From assembly GCA_016176525.1 (NCBI GenBank), contig JACOWZ010000003.1, positions 603,925 to 644,793 of the forward strand: DNA of 40,869 nt, written 5' to 3'. The position numbers and the translations under genes are program-made. This document shows positions 7,625-17,348 of this stretch, piece by piece; the stretch's first letter is position 1, and each line of letters starts with the position of its first letter. A model generated the notes under the pieces. That model did no database searches. It was not told the DNA's origin and saw nothing but the letters and a program-made list of their open reading frames with translations. The DNA is from Candidatus Colwellbacteria bacterium. GTDB lineage: Bacteria > Patescibacteriota > Minisyncoccia > UBA6257 > Colwellbacteraceae.

Positions 7625-10175
7625 ACTTCAATACCTTACGTAAATACTCCCCGGTGGCGCTGCCTTTTGCGCGGGCAATTTGTTCCGGAGTGCCGTGGGA
7701 TACAACCTCCCCGCCACTGTCGCCACCATCAGGACCTAGGTCAATTACCCAGTCTGCGGTTTTAATTACATCTAAATTGTGCTCAATAACTACAACCGTA
7801 TTCCCCCGTTCAACAAGCCTGTTTAACACATCAAGCAGTTTATGGACATCGGCAAAATGCAGCCCCGTTGTGGGCTCGTCTAATATATAAATTGTTTGCC
7901 TTGTGTCGCGCTTACCGAGTTCGGAGGCGAGCTTTACTCTCTGTGCCTCGCCGCCGGATAAAGTTGTTGCAGACTGGCCAAGTTCTAAATAACCCAAGCC
8001 TACCTCGTCTATTATAGAGAGTTTGTCATTTAGCCAAGGAATGTCTTTAAAGAAATCACGCGCCTCTTCAACTGTCATTTTTAGAACATCGTGAATATTT
8101 TTGCCTTGATAATTTACCTCTAAGGTTTCGCGGTCAAAACGCTTACCCTTGCAAACATCGCAGGCGACATAAACAGTCGGCAAAAAATGCATTTCTATGC
8201 CGATGTAACCGTGGCCTTCGCAGTTTTCACACCTGCCGCCCTTTACGTTAAAGCTAAATCTTCCCGGCTTCCATCCGCGCACGCGGGCGCCTTCTGTTGC
8301 CGCAAACAAATCTCGAATGTGCGTCCACGCGCCGATGTATGTCGCCGGGTTAGAGCGCGGAGTGCGGCCAATCGGAGACTGGTCTATGCTTATAACCCTA
8401 TTTAGGTATTCAAGGCCGAGAATTGATTTATGCGCACCGACTTTGTTATTGGCGCGGTTCAACTTATTAGCAAGATGTTTGTAGAGCACCTCGTACACAA
8501 GCGTGCTTTTGCCGGAGCCGGAAACGCCAGTGACTGCCGTAAACCGCCCCAACGGAATATCAATGTTTATATTTTTTAGGTTGTTTTCTTTAGCGCCGCG
8601 GATTTTAATATGCGGAATGGTTTTATCAACTTTTTTGCGTTTCTGGGGAACCGGAATAAACTGTTCGCCGCGCAAATAGCGCAATGTAGATGTGCTTTGT
8701 TTTTTATCTTTTATAATCTGGGGTATCTCGCCTTGTGCTATTACTTTGCCGCCGTGCACTCCCGCGCCAGGTCCAAAATCTACCAAATAATCTGATTCTC
8801 TTATTGTTTCTTCGTCGTGCTCCACTACAATTATGCTGTTGCCCAAGTTTCGCAAGTCGTGAAGGGTTTTAATAAGCTTTGCGTTGTCGCGCTGGTGCAG
8901 ACCTATAGTAGGTTCGTCCAAAACATATAGGGCGCCGACGAGCCGAGAACCAATTTGGCTAGCAAGCCGGATTCTTTGCGACTCGCCGCCAGAGAGAGTG
9001 CCAGCGCGCCTATCAAGCGTTAAATATTGCAAACCCACATCTATCATAAATTTAAGTCGGCTTCTAATTTCACGAAGCGGCACTTCTGCAACCTCGCTTT
9101 CTTTTGCCGAAAGTTTTTTTTCTAAAGAGCCGAAGAACTTGTAAGCATCCGCAATTGAGGAGCCTGTTACAGTAACAATACTTTTATTGTCTAGCATAAC
9201 AGAAAGTGCCTCTCGCTTTAGACGTTTGCCTTCGCACTTTGGGCAAATATCGCCAACTCTTTGCCAACCTGCGGCTTCTTCGTGCTCCCAATGCAAGCTT
9301 ACATCACCTATGCCGTGGCACTCTTCGCAAGCGCCGTATGGGCTGTTGAACGAGAAGAGCCGCGGTTCAATCTCTGGAAAAGAAAATCCGTCACGCGGGC
9401 ATGTAAACTTCGCAGAAAGAGAGGTTTCTTTATCACCGACAATCACGGTTACAACATCATTGCCGTATTTTATGGCACTCTCTACCGCTTCGGCGAGACG
9501 TAGACGATTGTCTTTTTGGCTAAAATCCAACCCACCTGGAATTCGGTCAACAACAATTTCTATTGTGTGGGCTTTATATCTTTCTAAATTTATTCTTTGG
9601 CGTAAATTACGAAGCTCTCCATCTATGCGCGCTTCGCTGAAACCTGCGTTTAAAAAATCATAAAGCATTTGGTAATACTCACCTTTGCGGCCGCGCACTG
9701 CGGGAGAGAGCACAACTAGATTTTTATTTGTTTTGTCTTGTTTATAGAGTTCTATAATCGCATCCACAATTTCGGAGGGCGTCATTTTGCGAATTTGCGT
9801 TCCACATTCCGGGCAATGCGGTTTGCCAGCGCGGGCAAAAAGCACGCGAAGGTAATCGTAGATTTCTGTTATTGTTGCAACGGTTGAGCGCGGATTTGCA
9901 GAGTGCGCTTTTTGGTCAATAGATATCGCAGGAGAGAGTCCTTCAATTTCGTCAACATCCGGCTTATCAAGCTTGCCTAAAAACTGCCGCGCGTAGGCAG
10001 ATAGCGATTCAATATATCGTCTCTGCCCCTCGGCAAAAATGGTGTCGTACGCAAGCGAAGACTTGCCTGACCCAGAAAGACCGGTAAAAACTACCATCTT
10101 ATTGCGAGGAATCTCTAGATTTATATTTTTTAGGTTGTGCTCTCTGGCTCCCTTAACCTTAATTTTGTCTTGCAT
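7623..10175 (-). CDS. uvrA: Excinuclease ABC subunit A
   Basis: Two ABC ATPase modules (GLSGSGKSS, GVSGSGKST, LSGGE, LDEPT) and Zn-finger CxxC pairs. Confidence 0.98.
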   Translation of the reverse strand: MQDKIKVKGAREHNLKNINLEIPRNKMVVFTGLSGSGKSSLAYDTIFAEGQRRYIESLSAYARQFLGKLDKPDVDEIEGLSPAISIDQKAHSANPRSTVATITEIYDYLRVLFARAGKPHCPECGTQIRKMTPSEIVDAIIELYKQDKTNKNLVVLSPAVRGRKGEYYQMLYDFLNAGFSEARIDGELRNLRQRINLERYKAHTIEIVVDRIPGGLDFSQKDNRLRLAEAVESAIKYGNDVVTVIVGDKETSLSAKFTCPRDGFSFPEIEPRLFSFNSPYGACEECHGIGDVSLHWEHEEAAGWQRVGDICPKCEGKRLKREALSVMLDNKSIVTVTGSSIADAYKFFGSLEKKLSAKESEVAEVPLREIRSRLKFMIDVGLQYLTLDRRAGTLSGGESQRIRLASQIGSRLVGALYVLDEPTIGLHQRDNAKLIKTLHDLRNLGNSIIVVEHDEETIRESDYLVDFGPGAGVHGGKVIAQGEIPQIIKDKKQSTSTLRYLRGEQFIPVPQKRKKVDKTIPHIKIRGAKENNLKNINIDIPLGRFTAVTGVSGSGKSTLVYEVLYKHLANKLNRANNKVGAHKSILGLEYLNRVISIDQSPIGRTPRSNPATYIGAWTHIRDLFAATEGARVRGWKPGRFSFNVKGGRCENCEGHGYIGIEMHFLPTVYVACDVCKGKRFDRETLEVNYQGKNIHDVLKMTVEEARDFFKDIPWLNDKLSIIDEVGLGYLELGQSATTLSGGEAQRVKLASELGKRDTRQTIYILDEPTTGLHFADVHKLLDVLNRLVERGNTVVVIEHNLDVIKTADWVIDLGPDGGDSGGEVVSHGTPEQIARAKGSATGEYLRKVLK

Positions 10176-10251
10176 ATACGAAAATTTGCCCGGGTTTTGC
10201 TTTTACACCGGGTATACAACAAGCTTACGCGTCTAGAAACCGGAAGTCAAT

Positions 10252-12240
10252 TTATATTTTTGTTTTCTTAGATAAGGCTTTTATCTCATCGCGGATGAGT
10301 GCTGCGAGTTCAAAGTCCAGAGATTCAGCGGCTTCTTTCATCTCGCGTTCTTTTTCTTTAATAAGCGATTTTAATGCCTTATCAGTTTTGGGCAAAGGCA
10401 TAGTTTCTAACTTTAAGATTTCTTCTGCGGGTAAAATGTCTTTTACTTCTTTAATAATTGTCTTTGGAGTAATGCCGTGTTTTTTGTTATACGCAATCTG
10501 TATCTCACGCCGCCTTTCCGTCTCCCCAACCGCGCGTTTTATAGAGCCGGTGATGTTGTCTGCATATATAAGCACCTCGCCGTTAACGTTACGCGCCGCA
10601 CGGCCAATGGTTTGGACTAAGCTGGTTTCGCTCCGCAAAAAGCCTTCTTTGTCTGCATCTAAAATTGCAATTAATGACACTTCTGGCAAGTCCAAGCCTT
10701 CACGAAGAAGGTTTACGCCGACAATTACATCATACGTTCCCTTGCGAAGCCCAGTTAGAACTCTGATACGATCCAACGTTTTTACGTCACTATGCAGATA
10801 ATTAACTTTGATTTTTAAGTCCTCGAGATAACTTGATAAATCTTCTGCCATGCGTTTAGTTAGCGTGGTAACAAGCACGCGCTCTTTCTTTTCTATCCGT
10901 TCTTTAATGCGTGGAATCAAGTTTTCTATTTGTCCGCGAGCAGGTTGGATTCTAACTTTTGGATCCACAAGGCCCGTTGGGCGAATTATTTGCTCAACTA
11001 TTCCGTCTTTTTCGCTCTTTTTTAATTCATACGGGCCCGGCGTTGCTGATGTATAAATAACGTTTGGCATACGCGCTTCAAACTCGCTGAACTTTAATGG
11101 ACGGTTATCTGCGGCTGATGGAAGCCGAAATCCGTATTCAACAAGCGTTTTCTTGCGCGAGGCATCGCCGGCATACATTCCATTTAGCTGTGGTACTGTA
11201 ACGTGCGACTCATCTATAACCATCAAAAAATCGTCTGGGTAGTAATCTAAAAGCGTGTCTGGCGGCTCGCCTTCTCTGCGCCCAGATAGATGGCGCGAGT
11301 AATTCTCTATGCCGTTGCAATAGCCGATTTCGCGCATCATTGCCAAATCTGCTTTTGTGCGCCGTTCAATCCGCTCGGCTTCCAAATATAATTTGTTATC
11401 TTCAAAATATTTGAGCCGTTCTTTGAGTTCTTCTTGAATATTCTTAATTGCACTATCGCGTGCATGGTCTTCTGTAATAAAATGGCGCGCGGGAGAAATA
11501 AATACTTCTTCCACTTTAGGCGTCTTGCCATGTATAAATCCTTTTACAGGGTCAATCTCATATATTTCGGCGATTATCCCCTTTTTGAGAACAAGATTAT
11601 AAATCTTTTGTTCGCCCGGCGGCATAATTTCCCAGTTATCGCCACGCAGACGAAATGTGCCGCGCTTTAAATCCGCGCTCGTGCGGTTAAACTGCATTTT
11701 AATAAGCTTTGTTGTAAGTGATTTTCTATCAACTTTATCCCCTACCTTAAAGTGGATAATATGTTCGCTATATGTCTCCGGTGCGCCCAAGCCATAGATG
11801 CAAGAAACAGACGCAACTATGATTACATCTTTGCGTGTTAGGAGCGCTGATGTAGCCGCATGGCGGAGTTTATCTATCTCGTCGTTTATCATCGCCTCTT
11901 TGCCGATGTAGGTGTCGGTTGTGGGCATATAGGCCTCTGGCTGGTAGTAGTCGTAGTAAGAAACAAAATAATGCACGGCATTGTGCGGAAAAAGGTCGCG
12001 AAACTCGTTGCAAAGTTGTGCGGCAAGAGTTTTGTTGTGCGCAATTACAAGTGTGGGCTTTTGTACCTTCTCAATAACATTCGCGATGGTAAAAGTTTTG
12101 CCAGAACCAGTAACACCCAAAAGTGTTTGGTGTTTTTTATTTTTCTCCAACCCCAAAACAAGCGACTTTATCGCTTTCGGCTGATCACCCGCAGGCTTAT
12201 TAGGGCTTACAATTTTAAATTTTGAATTTTCAATTTTCAT
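10252..12240 (-). CDS. uvrB: Excinuclease ABC subunit B
   Basis: [18 protein letters not shown] beta-hairpin, [13 protein letters not shown] and a C-terminal UVR domain. Confidence 0.98.
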   Translation of the reverse strand: MKIENSKFKIVSPNKPAGDQPKAIKSLVLGLEKNKKHQTLLGVTGSGKTFTIANVIEKVQKPTLVIAHNKTLAAQLCNEFRDLFPHNAVHYFVSYYDYYQPEAYMPTTDTYIGKEAMINDEIDKLRHAATSALLTRKDVIIVASVSCIYGLGAPETYSEHIIHFKVGDKVDRKSLTTKLIKMQFNRTSADLKRGTFRLRGDNWEIMPPGEQKIYNLVLKKGIIAEIYEIDPVKGFIHGKTPKVEEVFISPARHFITEDHARDSAIKNIQEELKERLKYFEDNKLYLEAERIERRTKADLAMMREIGYCNGIENYSRHLSGRREGEPPDTLLDYYPDDFLMVIDESHVTVPQLNGMYAGDASRKKTLVEYGFRLPSAADNRPLKFSEFEARMPNVIYTSATPGPYELKKSEKDGIVEQIIRPTGLVDPKVRIQPARGQIENLIPRIKERIEKKERVLVTTLTKRMAEDLSSYLEDLKIKVNYLHSDVKTLDRIRVLTGLRKGTYDVIVGVNLLREGLDLPEVSLIAILDADKEGFLRSETSLVQTIGRAARNVNGEVLIYADNITGSIKRAVGETERRREIQIAYNKKHGITPKTIIKEVKDILPAEEILKLETMPLPKTDKALKSLIKEKEREMKEAAESLDFELAALIRDEIKALSKKTKI

Positions 12241-12357
12241 TGAATTTTTAATGTTTTAATTTTCAAATACAAAACTCCCCATGCTTTAGCCATAGGGGTA
12301 ATACAAAGTCAGTTTATTCTTTTCAATTTTGTAAGTCAAAAAAAAGAGCCCACTAGG

Positions 12358-12591
12358 TTATTGCCTTTTGGGCTTACGCGGGTGTTTCGGCGAAGCATTT
12401 TCTAAATCCCCAAGCTCTTTCTCGAGTTCGCGAATTTTGGATTTGAGCCCATTCGTTAACCGACCAGCAAACTTGGCACCCTGCATATACAAGAACTTGT
12501 ATACAAAGAGCTGGAATTCTTTTGTTCTTTTACGAACCTCTACACTCGTGTCTTCCGACACTGCCATTACCATTCCAACGATTCCAACCAT
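12358..12591 (-). CDS. Hypothetical protein, possibly the 3' part of a frameshifted gene starting at 12629
   Basis: 77-aa ORF followed by a hairpin and T run. No SD. Confidence 0.4.
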   Translation of the reverse strand: MVGIVGMVMAVSEDTSVEVRKRTKEFQLFVYKFLYMQGAKFAGRLTNGLKSKIRELEKELGDLENASPKHPRKPKRQ

Positions 12592-12642
12592 ATCAGGTCA
12601 CCTATAAGCAGTCTCGCGAACTGCTCCATACAAGGATAGCAC

Positions 12643-12666
12643 AAAAAGAGTCCGCGTGGCGGACTC
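12643..12666 (-). terminator. Intrinsic terminator of def
   Basis: GAGTCCGC-cac-GCGGACTC-TTTTT on the minus strand. Confidence 0.75.
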
Positions 12667-12675
12667 GTGTTCAAA

Positions 12676-13305
12676 CTATTTCTTTAGATCTTTCGGCAAA
12701 GCACCTTTGGTTTTGGCGTACCACTCGTGTGTGATGATAGCACCCGGCAGAACTTTGCCATTTCGAACGACAATGCTCTCCGCGCAGACCTTTCCATCTA
12801 GATGATCAATTTCGTGTTGAAAAAGTATCGCGTGAAAACCATTCACACGTTGCTTTACGCGGCGGCCATTGATGTCGGTGTAAACAACATCAACCCATAA
12901 CGAACGCTCGGTCATGTACCTTATTGAGCCGGGTGGGTTGCTGAGACACCCTTCCCAATATCGGTGGGTTTTGCTAACCATAACACCATACTGCTTAGCC
13001 TTAGAGCGACCAACGATATTCGGATTGATGATGACCGTCGGCTCAAGAGGTGGTAGTAAAGGGAGTTCTGGCTTCGGCTTGATGACAAGGATCGCGAATC
13101 TTTTCGGTATCCCGACTTGATTTGCTGCAATCCCAAAGGCACCAGTTATATCTGCCCACTTGAACATCCGGCGCAGAGTTGACCTGAACTTTGGACTCTT
13201 GAGTTCAGTCGCCGAGACCTTCTTTGTGGGCTTTGAGAGTACCGGATCACCCCACTGAGTAAACTGCGGCGGTTTCTTGGTTTTTGACTTAGTAGTTTTT
13301 ACCAT
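12676..13305 (-). CDS. def: Peptide deformylase
   Basis: Motifs (A)FGIAANQ, EGCLS and QHEIDHLDG. ATG at 13305 preferred. Confidence 0.93.
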   Translation of the reverse strand: MVKTTKSKTKKPPQFTQWGDPVLSKPTKKVSATELKSPKFRSTLRRMFKWADITGAFGIAANQVGIPKRFAILVIKPKPELPLLPPLEPTVIINPNIVGRSKAKQYGVMVSKTHRYWEGCLSNPPGSIRYMTERSLWVDVVYTDINGRRVKQRVNGFHAILFQHEIDHLDGKVCAESIVVRNGKVLPGAIITHEWYAKTKGALPKDLKK

Positions 13306-13340
13306 AAGAACTAGCCTAAAAAGTATCAATAAAAACTCTA

Positions 13341-13859
13341 TTAGTCAATATAAAACCTATATTTTCGGCTAGACCAATACTTGCCTGCGAAGTCTATGCC
13401 TATACGAGCAGAAGATTTAATGTCTCGCGGTTTGATTTTCACTCCCTTATCTTCAATCCATAACCCCGCCACACGCCTGGCGGGTTTATTATTAAAACTT
13501 TTGTCTATTCTTAAATAGTTTGTTACACGTCCCGGACCGTTTATACCCTCCACACCACGAATCAAAACCGCCGCAGGATAATCTTTGGGACCAGTGACGA
13601 TATTAAGCATCCAGTGCATACCGTATGTAAAATACACGTACCACTTACCTGCCTCACCAAACATCGGCGCATTCCGCGCAGTTTTGCCACGCGAGCCATG
13701 CGCCGCTTTGTCTTTATGGCCGTCATATGCCTCTACTTCTGTAATCATAAAAGCTAGTTCTCGTTTACCAGCACGTTTAACTAAATATTTACCCAGTAGA
13801 TCTTTTGCAACCGCCACAGTTCCCCGCTCAAAAAACTTCTTGTTTAGTAATCCTTTCAT
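13341..13859 (-). CDS. mpg: 3-methyladenine DNA glycosylase (MPG/AAG family)
   Basis: VAKDLLGK, ITEVEAY, YVYFTYGMH, AVLIRG, GPG and RIGI motifs. Start moved to the ATG at 13859. Confidence 0.93.
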   Translation of the reverse strand: MKGLLNKKFFERGTVAVAKDLLGKYLVKRAGKRELAFMITEVEAYDGHKDKAAHGSRGKTARNAPMFGEAGKWYVYFTYGMHWMLNIVTGPKDYPAAVLIRGVEGINGPGRVTNYLRIDKSFNNKPARRVAGLWIEDKGVKIKPRDIKSSARIGIDFAGKYWSSRKYRFYID

Positions 13860-13921
13860 GATTCTGCTGCTGCTTGTGTTGGTGTTATGATTGATCATAA
13901 CACCTAACCTTATTAATAAAT

Positions 13922-14221
13922 CTATATAATTTCTCTTATCTCTTTTATAATTTCTTTCGGTAGGGGTTCGCCTGCTTTGGTGCGTCCCGGATAGCGCCAC
14001 GCAGAAATAACTCTCAGGTTTTGAGCTTTAGGTTTATTAACCATCGCCCATATTTCGTATGGACGTTTAGCAGTTGTAACGGCTTGTAGCATAGCAACAG
14101 TATCCGGCGCTATTCCCTCTTCCACACGCAATGGCGAACGCAAAACCCGCTTAACCCGCTGTTCGGATAAGCGATAATATTTCATTTTGAATTTTGCGTG
14201 AGATGTCCAGTTAATCTGCAT
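13922..14221 (-). CDS. Small hypothetical protein, DUF4258/BrnT-like
   Basis: W-T-x-H-A N-terminus and VISAWR near the C-terminus. TATATT box 6 nt before the ATG at 14221. Confidence 0.6.
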   Translation of the reverse strand: MQINWTSHAKFKMKYYRLSEQRVKRVLRSPLRVEEGIAPDTVAMLQAVTTAKRPYEIWAMVNKPKAQNLRVISAWRYPGRTKAGEPLPKEIIKEIREII

Positions 14222-14243
14222 TTTTGTAATATAATTAAACCAT

Positions 14244-15437
14244 ATGTTTGTAAGCAAATATATTCTTCCATTTATAGTACTCGCAATTCTAGTCGCAACT
14301 TCTGGTGCTGTACTTATAACTTCGGCTGGACACGATTCTGTAGTTATAGGTGAATTCTACGATGTGCGCATAATACCAATTATTGCCGGACTTGTTTTGA
14401 TAGCCCTAACTTATTTTGTTTCCAGAATAAATTTAGGTAGATGGTGGGCGTTGTTGCCCGCTGTACTCATCGCATCCTCTCCGGCGTTTTTAACATACGC
14501 GCGTTATTTTACTGTTGATATATTCGGCGCTTTAATTTTCTTGATAGCTGTTTTTGTAATTCTGCGGCTTGCTCCGGCCATCACCTATCGCAGAATACCA
14601 AAGCGAATAAAACCAGTTCAATACATTGCCTGGATTGCTATTTTTGCGTCAATCGCAGCTCTAGTAACTCTAGAATGGCAAAGAACAAACGGGTTTGCAG
14701 ATTTTTTAGCAAACGATATTGAGTTCTGGAGAAACTATCTTCTAAAAGAGTCGATCCCAATAATGATACTCACGGCATTTGGAATAATTTGGCTAATATG
14801 CCGCATACTAAAAGAAGGAGTAAAACTCCACCTAGAAGAAACAGTTATGCTTGTAATGCTAGCACTATACAAACTTTTTATAGTTAGCGAGTCTCTAACA
14901 ACATATTCGTACTTTTTACTAATGCTGCCGCTTGTATATATTCTTGCATCTCTAGGAATAAAAGATTTTATCGCAGATTCGCGAACAAAGGTTATTGGAC
15001 TAGCAGCTTTTCTTTTGTGGCATGGCGCAAGTATGGGGCTTGCTTACCCCAACTTCAGCGTCTATATAAACGAGATAATTGCGGCTGCGCCGCATTTGGA
15101 ACAAAAAATAACCGCACAATATGACTTGGGCCAAGACTTAAAGCGGTTTTCGCAATATGTTGAAGAAAACAATATTTCTAAAATAGCTTTGGACTATTTC
15201 GGTGAAGATTCTCCAGAAAAGCACTTAGGCGAAAAATATGTAGAATGGCAATCAAGTTATAGAAGCCCAAAAGAGAAAGATATTGAGTGGTTTGGCGTAT
15301 CTTTTAGGAACTTATATGAAGCCCGTTCTACAAGCTCAGGGCAAGCCCGTGACCCGGAGAATCAATATTTATGGCTATTAAACTGGGAAAACCCAACAGC
15401 AAAAGTTGGAAATATTTGGATATATAAAATTCAATAG
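14244..15437 (+). CDS. Polytopic membrane protein, GT-C/PMT_2 glycosyltransferase-like (apparently shortened)
   Basis: Many TM segments, SP.FL..AR...D loop motif and a C-terminal Y.NE...DLGQDLKR...DYFG soluble domain. Confidence 0.6.
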   Translation: MFVSKYILPFIVLAILVATSGAVLITSAGHDSVVIGEFYDVRIIPIIAGLVLIALTYFVSRINLGRWWALLPAVLIASSPAFLTYARYFTVDIFGALIFLIAVFVILRLAPAITYRRIPKRIKPVQYIAWIAIFASIAALVTLEWQRTNGFADFLANDIEFWRNYLLKESIPIMILTAFGIIWLICRILKEGVKLHLEETVMLVMLALYKLFIVSESLTTYSYFLLMLPLVYILASLGIKDFIADSRTKVIGLAAFLLWHGASMGLAYPNFSVYINEIIAAAPHLEQKITAQYDLGQDLKRFSQYVEENNISKIALDYFGEDSPEKHLGEKYVEWQSSYRSPKEKDIEWFGVSFRNLYEARSTSSGQARDPENQYLWLLNWENPTAKVGNIWIYKIQ

Positions 15438-16141
15438 CTGGGGTATGCTCGGCCGGGGACGGTAAGGTTTATGGATTTTATGCGCGCCCAATCTGCCATA
15501 TCTCCCATAAGTTTGCGAAGCGCAGTTTCTACAAAAGTTGTTGCAACATTTGTGCTAAAAATAATAAGAGTACCATCGCTTAAATCTACTTCTAGTTCGC
15601 GAAGATTTAAATCTCTAATTCTTGCCTCCGCAACACTAAGATTAAGAGTCTCTAAAATATCAAAAATCTGAATTACGCGTGCGTATTGAATATTGTCTAA
15701 CACATTTTCGCCTAAACGCGGTGGCGTGTCGCCCCTAAAATCTTTAACTGATTTTATAAGGGCACCGCTTACTTCCGGGGCTTCGGAAAAAAGAATACCA
15801 TCTTTGTCTACCCAATAACAGACATTAATACTTCCAAAACACCAAATTATTTCTTTACTCCTCTCTTCTGCAAACACTGTAAGTTCACGCCTTATATAAT
15901 CTTTGCGTACAACGAGGCGCGAGAACTTTATATCCGGCGCTTCACTCGACGCCGTCCAAAAAAGTATATTTTTACCAATAGGATTTGAAGATAACGGCTC
16001 GGCATCACCTTCTAGGTTAACTGCCGTAATATTAAAAACTCCGGAGTACCACACTAAATATATGGCGCCTGCTATAAAAAGCGGTAATACTGCAAAGAGA
16101 TTAATCCAAAGCCAAACCCGAGATTTTCTTTTTCTTAACAT
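15431..16141 (-). CDS. FtsQ/DivIB-like bitopic membrane protein
   Basis: Basic N-terminus, one TM, POTRA-like ITAVNLEG...V.EER, YWVDKDG and a C-terminal INLTVPGRAY similar to FtsQ 'IDLR'. Confidence 0.6.
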   Translation of the reverse strand: MLRKRKSRVWLWINLFAVLPLFIAGAIYLVWYSGVFNITAVNLEGDAEPLSSNPIGKNILFWTASSEAPDIKFSRLVVRKDYIRRELTVFAEERSKEIIWCFGSINVCYWVDKDGILFSEAPEVSGALIKSVKDFRGDTPPRLGENVLDNIQYARVIQIFDILETLNLSVAEARIRDLNLRELEVDLSDGTLIIFSTNVATTFVETALRKLMGDMADWARIKSINLTVPGRAYPSY

Positions 16142-17336
16142 AACCCTGTAAGGCTTTAGGTATAGTTACACCGCCGTCTTCGTTTTGATAGTTTTCAAGT
16201 ATTGCTATAAGAGTGCGCCCTATTGCAAAAGCCGTAGCGTTCAACGTATGAACAAAATCTTTCTTTTCACCTTCCCGATATTTAATATTCAGTCCTCTTG
16301 CCTGATAGTCGGTGGTATTCGATGTGGAACAAAGCTCCCTATATTTCCCCTGCCCCGGCAAGTAAACCTCAATATCAAACTGCTTATAATCACCGAAGCC
16401 CATATCACCAGTGCAGTTTGCAATAACCTGATATGGCAATTTAAGCACCTGCATCAATTCTTCTTGAATACCGAGCAAAAATTGATGTTCTTTCTCTGAA
16501 TCTTCCGGCTTGGTAAACGAAAACATTTCTACTTTATCAAACTGGTGAACGCGCAAAATGCCTTTTGTGTCTTTGCCATATGAACCCGCCTCTCGTCTGA
16601 AACAAGTTGAAAAACCGGCATAGCGACGAGGGAGACTCTTGCCGTCGAGTACCGAATCCATATGAAGCGGCCCAATAGAATGCTCCGATGAGCCAACTAA
16701 ATATAAATTATCTTTTGCTACATGAAACGCATCATCGCCTTCAATAAACTTTACCTTCCCCATGGCCTTCATAATTTCGGGCTTCACCATAACTGGAGGC
16801 ACAACTGGGATAAATCCTTTTTCTACAAGCTTATCCATCGCAAGTTGAACTAAGGAAAACTCTAGTAAAACTAAATCGCCTAAAATATAACCAAATCGGC
16901 TGCCAGAAACCTGGCCCGCTGACTCCATATTTATCATATTCCCTGCGAGGGCCATATAATCTTTTGGTTTGAATTTAAAGTTCGGCTTTTCGCCTACTTC
17001 ACGAAGCACAACATTGCCGCTTTCGTCTTTGCCAACAGGCGCAACATTAGCTGGAATATTAGGGATTAAAACTAGGGTTTTATTTCTCTTTTCCGAAACT
17101 TCTTTTATCTCTGCATCAAGTTGCTTAATCTGGCTCTTTAAATTTTTAGCGTCGAGAGACGGCCCTTCTTTAATAAAGCTTCTATCTCTACGCAAGTTAT
17201 CTAACTGCGCAGTTAGAGTTTTCCAGCGCTCATCTAAAGCCAAAAAATCATCAACAATTTTGGGTGAAATGTTTTTTCTCTTAACACCCTCCTTAACCAA
17301 ATCCTTCTCTTTGCGGATTAGATTTACGTCTAGCAT
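16101..17336 (-). CDS. serS: Serine--tRNA ligase
   Basis: N-terminal coiled coil, FRREAGSYGKDTKGILRVHQFDKVE and HTLNATAFAIGR. Confidence 0.98.
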   Translation of the reverse strand: MLDVNLIRKEKDLVKEGVKRKNISPKIVDDFLALDERWKTLTAQLDNLRRDRSFIKEGPSLDAKNLKSQIKQLDAEIKEVSEKRNKTLVLIPNIPANVAPVGKDESGNVVLREVGEKPNFKFKPKDYMALAGNMINMESAGQVSGSRFGYILGDLVLLEFSLVQLAMDKLVEKGFIPVVPPVMVKPEIMKAMGKVKFIEGDDAFHVAKDNLYLVGSSEHSIGPLHMDSVLDGKSLPRRYAGFSTCFRREAGSYGKDTKGILRVHQFDKVEMFSFTKPEDSEKEHQFLLGIQEELMQVLKLPYQVIANCTGDMGFGDYKQFDIEVYLPGQGKYRELCSTSNTTDYQARGLNIKYREGEKKDFVHTLNATAFAIGRTLIAILENYQNEDGGVTIPKALQGYVKKKKISGLALD

Positions 17337-17348
17337 ACAATAAGTATA

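Noticed and set aside
7499-7765. 88-aa plus-strand ORF
   Set aside because: It runs through the structured element and antisense to uvrA, and has no SD.
12592-12629. TGA read-through or genetic code 25
   Set aside because: The long conserved genes are uninterrupted under code 11, and TGA behaves as a stop elsewhere (7347, 40552).
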